Source of the DNA: an uncultured Collinsella sp.
GTDB taxonomy: Bacteria > Actinomycetota > Coriobacteriia > Coriobacteriales > Coriobacteriaceae
NCBI GenBank assembly: GCA_958438955.1
Contig: CAUBTS010000001.1
Location: 1-53,546, forward strand
Length of the DNA: 53,546 nucleotides
Direction: 5' to 3'
Positions 48,092 to 53,546 of the stretch are shown here, one piece after another. Under the pieces are notes generated by a model that was given only the letters and a program-made list of their open reading frames with translations, searched no databases and was not told the DNA's origin. A program made the position numbers and the translations under genes. Position 1 is the stretch's first letter, and every line of letters starts with the position of its first letter.

Positions 48092-50839
48092 TTACTTGGC
48101 GTCTGCCCAGGTCACTCCAGTCGAAGCTTCGGCGATTAGGGGAACGCGAAGGTCCACTACGTGCTCCATGACGTCGCGGACCATGGTGGTTAGGCGCTCG
48201 ACTTCGTCGATGGGGCACTCAAAGTCCAGTTCGTCGTGTACCTGCAGGATCATGTGGGCGGCAAAGCCCTCTTCTTCCAGGCGGCGGCTTACGCGGGCCA
48301 TCGCGATCTTGATGATGTCGGCGGCGGTTCCCTGCATGGGATGGTTCATGGCCGTGCGCTCGCCAAAGCCGCGGAGTTGCGGGTTTTTGGCCTTGAGCTC
48401 CGGAATATGACGACGGCGGCCATACATGGTCTCGGCGTAGCCCGTCTGCTTGGCGCGCGCCACCACGTTGTCGAGGAACGTACGCACGCCCGGGTAGGCC
48501 TCGTAGTAGCGGTCGATCATGTCGCGTGCCTCGGCCATCGAGATATGCAGCGACTGCGACAGGCCGTAGGCCTGCTGACCATACACGATGCCAAAGTTCA
48601 CGGCCTTGGCGCGGCTACGCAGGTCGGGTGTCACCTCGGACACCGGCACGCCAAATACGCGCGCGGCCGTCTCGGCATGGAAGTCCTCGCCCTCGTTAAA
48701 GGCGCGCACCAGGTGCTCGTCACCCGAAAGATGCGCCAGCAGACGCAGCTCGATCTGCGAGTAGTCCACCGCCAAAAAGACGCTGCCCTCGCCCGCCGAG
48801 AACGCCGTCTTGACGGTACGCCCCAGCTCCGAGCGCGTCGGAATGTTCTGCAGGTTCGGGTCGCTCGAGGACAGACGCCCCGTCGCGGTGATGGTCTGGT
48901 TGTACGTGGTGTGCACTCGACCGTCACCACGGCGCAACGGACCTAGCGTGTCCAGATAGGTCGACTTAATCTTGGACTTCTCACGCCAGTCCAAAATCAG
49001 GCGCACGATCTCGTGGTCGCGGGCGAGGTCGCTCAACACCTTGGCGTTGGTCGAATAATAGCCGCGCTTAGTCTTTTTGAGGCCCTTGGTCGGAAGCCCC
49101 ATAACGTCAAACAGCACGTGCGACAGCTGCATGGGACTGCCAATATTAAAGGTCTCGTCACCCGCCAGGTCGCGAATGCTGCGCTCGACCTCGGCAATCT
49201 GGGTCGCCAGGCCCTCGGACAGATTGCGCAGGCGGTCGGGGTCCACGAGCATGCCCGCGCGCTCCATCTTGGCAAGTACCGGAACGAGCGGCATCTCGAT
49301 GCCATCGAACACGTTGGCGGCATTCTCACGGGCCATGCACTCGCGCAACGGCGCCACGAGCGCCAGCGTCAAGGCCGCCGTGCGAGCGACGGGCGCAGGA
49401 GCGTCCTCACCGGCACCCTCTGCGCCGCGTGCCGCAGGCAGCGACATCTGCAGGTAGGTATCGGCCAGATACGCCTCATCGAACTCGGAGCGGTCGGAAT
49501 CCAGCAGGTAGGCGGCAACCACGGTATCGAAGATGCGCGTGGAATCGGCAGCGAGCGGATCCATGAGCTCGGGTTCAGAGGAATCGATAGGCGAAAGCTC
49601 GTGCAGCAGCGCTTTCATGTCCGGGCTCGCCACGCGGCCCTCCATAAACAGGCGCGCGAGCACACCGGCGATCACGCCGTGGACGAAGTTGAAGCCCTCA
49701 ACTTCAGCCGCCGCATCGCTGTCGCCCTCTTCGAGCGCGAACAGGCCCTTGGACGTCGCCAACCACAGCGTGCGCGTCAGCCCAAAGAGCGCGCCCTCTT
49801 CCTTGTCGTCGTCCACCACGGCGGCGACCCACTCACCAGCACCAATCGCACGGGAGATCTCAGCCGCAACGGCACCAAGCGCGTCAGCATCGCCGGCGGC
49901 CGCGCGAACCATCGCAGGCATCTCAAACACACTGGAGGCAGCAGCCCCGCCCTCGCCGCCGATCAGTGCCAAGAAACGGTTCTGCATGGCGGTGATACCA
50001 AGCGTACCCAGCGCCGCGGAAACCTCATCGGCAGAAAACGCCGGGAAGGACGTCGCCTCAAAATCGAGCTCAACAGGCGCATCGGTGCGAATGGTCGCAA
50101 CCTTGCGGCTCAGCAGCGCGTCGTCGATGTGTGCGCGCAGGTTTTCGCCCATTTTGCCCTTGACCTCGTCGGCGTGTGCGATGACCTCGTCCAGGCTACC
50201 GTACTGTGCGATGAGCGCGCTCGCCTTTTTGGGGCCGATGCCCGGCACGCCGGGGATGTTATCGGACGTGTCGCCCTTCAGACCATAAAAGTCGGGCACG
50301 AGCGCCGGCGTGATGCCGTGATACAGATCGTCCACGCTCTCGGGCGTCATGATCGCCACGTCGGACAGGCCCTTGCGGGTCGAGACCACGTTGACGTGCT
50401 CGGTCACGAGCTGATACATATCGCGATCACCGGTCACCAGCAGCATGTCACAGCCGGCCTGCTCGCCCAGGCGCGCCATAGTGCCCAGAATGTCATCGCC
50501 TTCCCAGCCCTCGGACTGCAAAATCGGCACGTTGAGCGCGGCGAGCAGCTCCTTAATCATGGGAAACTGTGCGTGCAGATCGGGGTCCATGGGCGGGCGC
50601 TGAGCCTTGTACTGCGGCAGCATCTCCATGCGCACGCGCGGCTTGCCCTTGTCAAACGCCACAACAACGCCGTCGGGATTAAAGGCGTCAATCATCTTGA
50701 GGAACATATTCAAAAAGCCAAAGATCGCGTTGGTGGGACGACCGTCCGGCGCGTTCATGGTCGGCGGCACGGCGTGGAAGGCGCGGTGCATGAGCGAGTT
50801 GCCGTCGATAACGGCAAAGGTGCGGCGCTTGTCAGACAT
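48092..50839 (-). CDS. polA: DNA polymerase I
   Basis: IDGNSLMHRAFHA, GDTSDNIPGVPGIG, DYSQIELR, AKAVNFGIVYG, QVHDEL. Confidence 0.95.
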   Translation of the reverse strand: MSDKRRTFAVIDGNSLMHRAFHAVPPTMNAPDGRPTNAIFGFLNMFLKMIDAFNPDGVVVAFDKGKPRVRMEMLPQYKAQRPPMDPDLHAQFPMIKELLAALNVPILQSEGWEGDDILGTMARLGEQAGCDMLLVTGDRDMYQLVTEHVNVVSTRKGLSDVAIMTPESVDDLYHGITPALVPDFYGLKGDTSDNIPGVPGIGPKKASALIAQYGSLDEVIAHADEVKGKMGENLRAHIDDALLSRKVATIRTDAPVELDFEATSFPAFSADEVSAALGTLGITAMQNRFLALIGGEGGAAASSVFEMPAMVRAAAGDADALGAVAAEISRAIGAGEWVAAVVDDDKEEGALFGLTRTLWLATSKGLFALEEGDSDAAAEVEGFNFVHGVIAGVLARLFMEGRVASPDMKALLHELSPIDSSEPELMDPLAADSTRIFDTVVAAYLLDSDRSEFDEAYLADTYLQMSLPAARGAEGAGEDAPAPVARTAALTLALVAPLRECMARENAANVFDGIEMPLVPVLAKMERAGMLVDPDRLRNLSEGLATQIAEVERSIRDLAGDETFNIGSPMQLSHVLFDVMGLPTKGLKKTKRGYYSTNAKVLSDLARDHEIVRLILDWREKSKIKSTYLDTLGPLRRGDGRVHTTYNQTITATGRLSSSDPNLQNIPTRSELGRTVKTAFSAGEGSVFLAVDYSQIELRLLAHLSGDEHLVRAFNEGEDFHAETAARVFGVPVSEVTPDLRSRAKAVNFGIVYGQQAYGLSQSLHISMAEARDMIDRYYEAYPGVRTFLDNVVARAKQTGYAETMYGRRRHIPELKAKNPQLRGFGERTAMNHPMQGTAADIIKIAMARVSRRLEEEGFAAHMILQVHDELDFECPIDEVERLTTMVRDVMEHVVDLRVPLIAEASTGVTWADAK

Positions 50840-51005
50840 ATTGAATACCTCGCTTTGGGCTGGGCACGGTTTGCTCACACCAGTTTACACGCTCCCCGCC
50901 CCGCGGCCACCGCACATCAGGCTTCCCTGCCGCCGCGGGCCCGCGCGTGATACGATGGCTCACGGTACATCAACCAGCACGATCGATCCGAAAGGAGCCT
51001 GCGTC

Positions 51006-52403
51006 ATGGAGCGTCCCTGCGCATGGAAAAAGTACACGCCACAGCAAGTCGAGGAGCTCGAGGAGCTTTGCCGCGGCTATAAGCAGTTTTTGAGCGAGAA
51101 CAAGACCGAGCGCCTGTGCGTCAAGACCGGTATCAAGATGGCCGAGGAGGCGGGCTACGTCAATCTGGAGACCGTGATCTCCGAGGGCCGCGCGCTCAAG
51201 GCCGGCGACAAGGTGTACGCCGCCAATCACGGCAAGGACCTCATGCTCGTCAACCTGGGCACCGCCCCGCTCGAGCAGGGCTTTAACATCCTGGGCGCCC
51301 ACGTGGACTCGCCGCGCCTGGACCTTAAGCAGAATCCCGCCTTCGAGGCCGGCGACATGGCCTACCTCGACACGCACTACTACGGCGGCGTCAAGAGCTA
51401 CCACTGGGTAGCCTCCCCGCTCGCACTCGTGGGCGTCATCTGCAAAAAGGACGGCACCACCGTCGACATCAACATCGGCGACAAGGCGGACGATCCAGTC
51501 TTTACCATCTCCGACCTGCTGATTCACCTCTCGAGCGAGCAGATGTCCAAGCCTGCCAAGGACGCCGTCGATGCCGAGATCCTCGACGTGATCGTGGGCG
51601 GCCGCCCCGTCAAGTTTGACGAGGACGACAAGGACGCCCCCAAGGAGCCCGTCAAGCAGATGTTCCTGGACATCCTCAAGGAGCAGTACGACGTCGAGGA
51701 GGAGGACTTCCTCTCCGCCGAGATCGAGGTCGTGCCCGCCGGCCCGGCCCGCGACATGGGCCTCGACCGCTCCATGATTCTGGGCTATGGCCACGACGAC
51801 CGTGTCTGCGCCTATCCGTCCATGCTCGCCCAGATCGACGTCGCCAACGTGGAGCGCACGAGCATCACACTCATCGTCGACAAGGAGGAGATCGGTTCCG
51901 TGGGTGCCACCGGCATGACGAGCCGCTTCTTCGAGAACACCGTCGCCGAGATCATGACGCTCGCCGGCGAGGATAGCCCGCTGGCCCTGCGCCGCGCACT
52001 CGCCCACAGCCGTATGCTCTCCTCTGACGTGTCCGCCGGCTTCGACCCGGGCTACGCCGGCAAGTTCGAAACTAAGAACGCAGCCTTTATGGGTCGTGGC
52101 CTGTGCTTTAACAAGTACACGGGCAGCCGCGGCAAGGGTGGCTCCAACGACGCCGACGCCGAGTATGTGGCCCTCGTCCGCGACATCATGGACGAGGCCG
52201 GCGTAGACTTCCAGACCTGCGAGCTCGGTCGCGTCAACGCGGGCGGCGGCGGCACCATCGCCTACATCATGGCCAAGTACGGCATGAACGTCATCGACTC
52301 CGGCGTTGCCGTCCTGTCCATGCACGCCCTGTGGGAGGTCGCCAACAAGGCCGACATCTACGAGGCCTACCGCGGCTACAAGGCCTTCCTCGAGCGCGCC
52401 TAA
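51006..52403 (+). CDS. M18-family aminopeptidase
   Basis: GAHVDSPRLDLK, HYYGG, GHDDRVC, DKEEIGS, SMHA; ATG 51006 after AAAGGAG. Confidence 0.88.
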   Translation: MERPCAWKKYTPQQVEELEELCRGYKQFLSENKTERLCVKTGIKMAEEAGYVNLETVISEGRALKAGDKVYAANHGKDLMLVNLGTAPLEQGFNILGAHVDSPRLDLKQNPAFEAGDMAYLDTHYYGGVKSYHWVASPLALVGVICKKDGTTVDINIGDKADDPVFTISDLLIHLSSEQMSKPAKDAVDAEILDVIVGGRPVKFDEDDKDAPKEPVKQMFLDILKEQYDVEEEDFLSAEIEVVPAGPARDMGLDRSMILGYGHDDRVCAYPSMLAQIDVANVERTSITLIVDKEEIGSVGATGMTSRFFENTVAEIMTLAGEDSPLALRRALAHSRMLSSDVSAGFDPGYAGKFETKNAAFMGRGLCFNKYTGSRGKGGSNDADAEYVALVRDIMDEAGVDFQTCELGRVNAGGGGTIAYIMAKYGMNVIDSGVAVLSMHALWEVANKADIYEAYRGYKAFLERA

Positions 52404-52418
52404 TCCACCCCACCCATA

Positions 52419-52485
52419 ACTTGCGGTGGAATACGGATTGATTTGGCCTTTCAATGGCACAAACAGACCGTATTCCACCGCAACT
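52419..52485. repeat. 67-bp palindromic element, copy 4 (solo, diverged)
   Basis: TTGCGGTGGAATACGG / CCGTATTCCACCGCAA, with a compensatory A-to-G / T-to-C pair. Confidence 0.9.
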
Positions 52486-52507
52486 TTTTTAGCGAGAGAA
52501 CGGTTCC

Positions 52508-53317
52508 ATGTTGCAGGTCATCATTTCGCCCGCCAAGCAAATGCGCGCGGCCCAAGATGCTTTTGAAGTCCTGGGCATTCCACCCTTTGTGCGCGAGACA
52601 GCTCGCCTCCACCGCGCACTGCTAGATATCGAGCGGAATGAAGGCAGCGGCGGCCTGCAGGCGCTATGGAACGTGAGCGACAAACTGCTGGGGCCTTGCC
52701 TCAACACCCTGCATGAGTTCAGGCCCATCCTGAAAAACGGCGATCTCGACAATCCCGCACTCGCCCGTCACCTCTCCCCCGCCGTCATGTCCTATCACGG
52801 CATTCAATACCAGAGCATGGCGCCCAAGGTGATGGATTCCGCGCAGCTCGACTGGCTACAAAACCATCTCTGGATCCTCTCGGGCCTTTACGGATGCGTG
52901 CGCCCCTTTCATGCCGTTGAACCGTATCGGCTGGAGATGGGCGCGAAGCTTGCCGTCGACAATGCCCGAGACCTCTACGCGTTTTGGGGCGACAAGCTCG
53001 CACGGGCCATCGCTCCGGCAGGCTCCAACGCTACAATCGTCAATCTCGCCAGCGCGGAATACGCCAAAGCCGTTCTGCCCTGCCTCGCGGGCGACGCCAC
53101 GGTCGTCACATGCCTCTTTGGCGAAGGCATCCGCAACGGAAAACCCATCCAACGGTCGACCGCCAGCAAAAAGGCGCGCGGCTCCATGGTGCGCTGGATG
53201 GCAGAAAACAAGCTCGAGGATGCAAGCGAGCTCACCGCGTTCGACATTGGTTATCGTCACTTTCCCGAGCTTTCAGACAAAAACACCCTGGTATTCATGA
53301 ACGTTCAGGCACAATAG
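52508..53317 (+). CDS. yaaA: Peroxide stress protein YaaA (DUF328)
   Basis: IISPAKQM, ILSGLYG, PYRLEMG, VNLASAEY, KKARGSM. Confidence 0.88.
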   Translation: MLQVIISPAKQMRAAQDAFEVLGIPPFVRETARLHRALLDIERNEGSGGLQALWNVSDKLLGPCLNTLHEFRPILKNGDLDNPALARHLSPAVMSYHGIQYQSMAPKVMDSAQLDWLQNHLWILSGLYGCVRPFHAVEPYRLEMGAKLAVDNARDLYAFWGDKLARAIAPAGSNATIVNLASAEYAKAVLPCLAGDATVVTCLFGEGIRNGKPIQRSTASKKARGSMVRWMAENKLEDASELTAFDIGYRHFPELSDKNTLVFMNVQAQ

Positions 53318-53340
53318 GCCCGCCGTTTCCAAACACCCCG

Positions 53341-53546
53341 TTACTCCGCCAAGCCATCAGCCTTAGCGATCTCGCTCGTCGAGCCATCTTGATAAGTAAC
53401 CTTGACATGCTCCACCTCGGACACCTTGACGCCCGATGGGGGCTCCAGGCGCCATTCCGTCAGCGCGATATCCATCGTCGTGGGCACATCCCCTTGATCT
53501 TTGAGCTCGACCGACAGCGTCTTAAGCGACGCATCGAAGGTCACGC
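53341..53546 (-). CDS. C-terminus of a hypothetical protein (partial)
   Basis: Open frame from the window edge to TAA at 53341-53343. Confidence 0.5.
   Translation of the reverse strand, partial: VTFDASLKTLSVELKDQGDVPTTMDIALTEWRLEPPSGVKVSEVEHVKVTYQDGSTSEIAKADGLAE

Overview
High-GC chromosomal window from an anaerobic actinobacterium, most likely Coriobacteriia such as Collinsella (inferred from gene content and protein style, not from a search). 1-10.8 kb: a minus-strand formate hydrogenlyase-2-type cluster (4Fe-4S protein, selenocysteine fdhF, hyfABCDEF, start of the hydrogenase large subunit). 11-15 kb: a RelB/DinJ + degenerate PIN pair, an AbiEi-like/PD-(D/E)XK-like gene bracketed by two 67-bp palindromes, tRNA-Gly, tRNA-Pro and brnQ. 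15-23 kb: a selenium-related operon (two double-cubane-type reductases, activase, GT4 glycosyltransferase, Sec-containing selD, yedF, DUF3343, Cys desulfurase/Sec lyase). 23.5-29 kb: modABC, mog/moaB and moeA. The rest is mostly housekeeping (CLC channel, DAGK, arfB, xpt, MFS, metY, yigZ, rnpB, rpsA, rpiB, ndk, argH, argG, polA, M18 aminopeptidase, yaaA). The most interesting signals are absent from the ORF track: (1) a short leader ORF with an in-frame UGA and a SECIS-like hairpin heading the selenium operon; (2) an Arg-rich leader peptide upstream of argG; (3) a fixed-length, co-varying 67-bp palindrome family with a candidate cognate nuclease; (4) a GT4 overlapping selD, a possible selenosugar-type pathway; (5) further structured repeats and a candidate C-rich sRNA.
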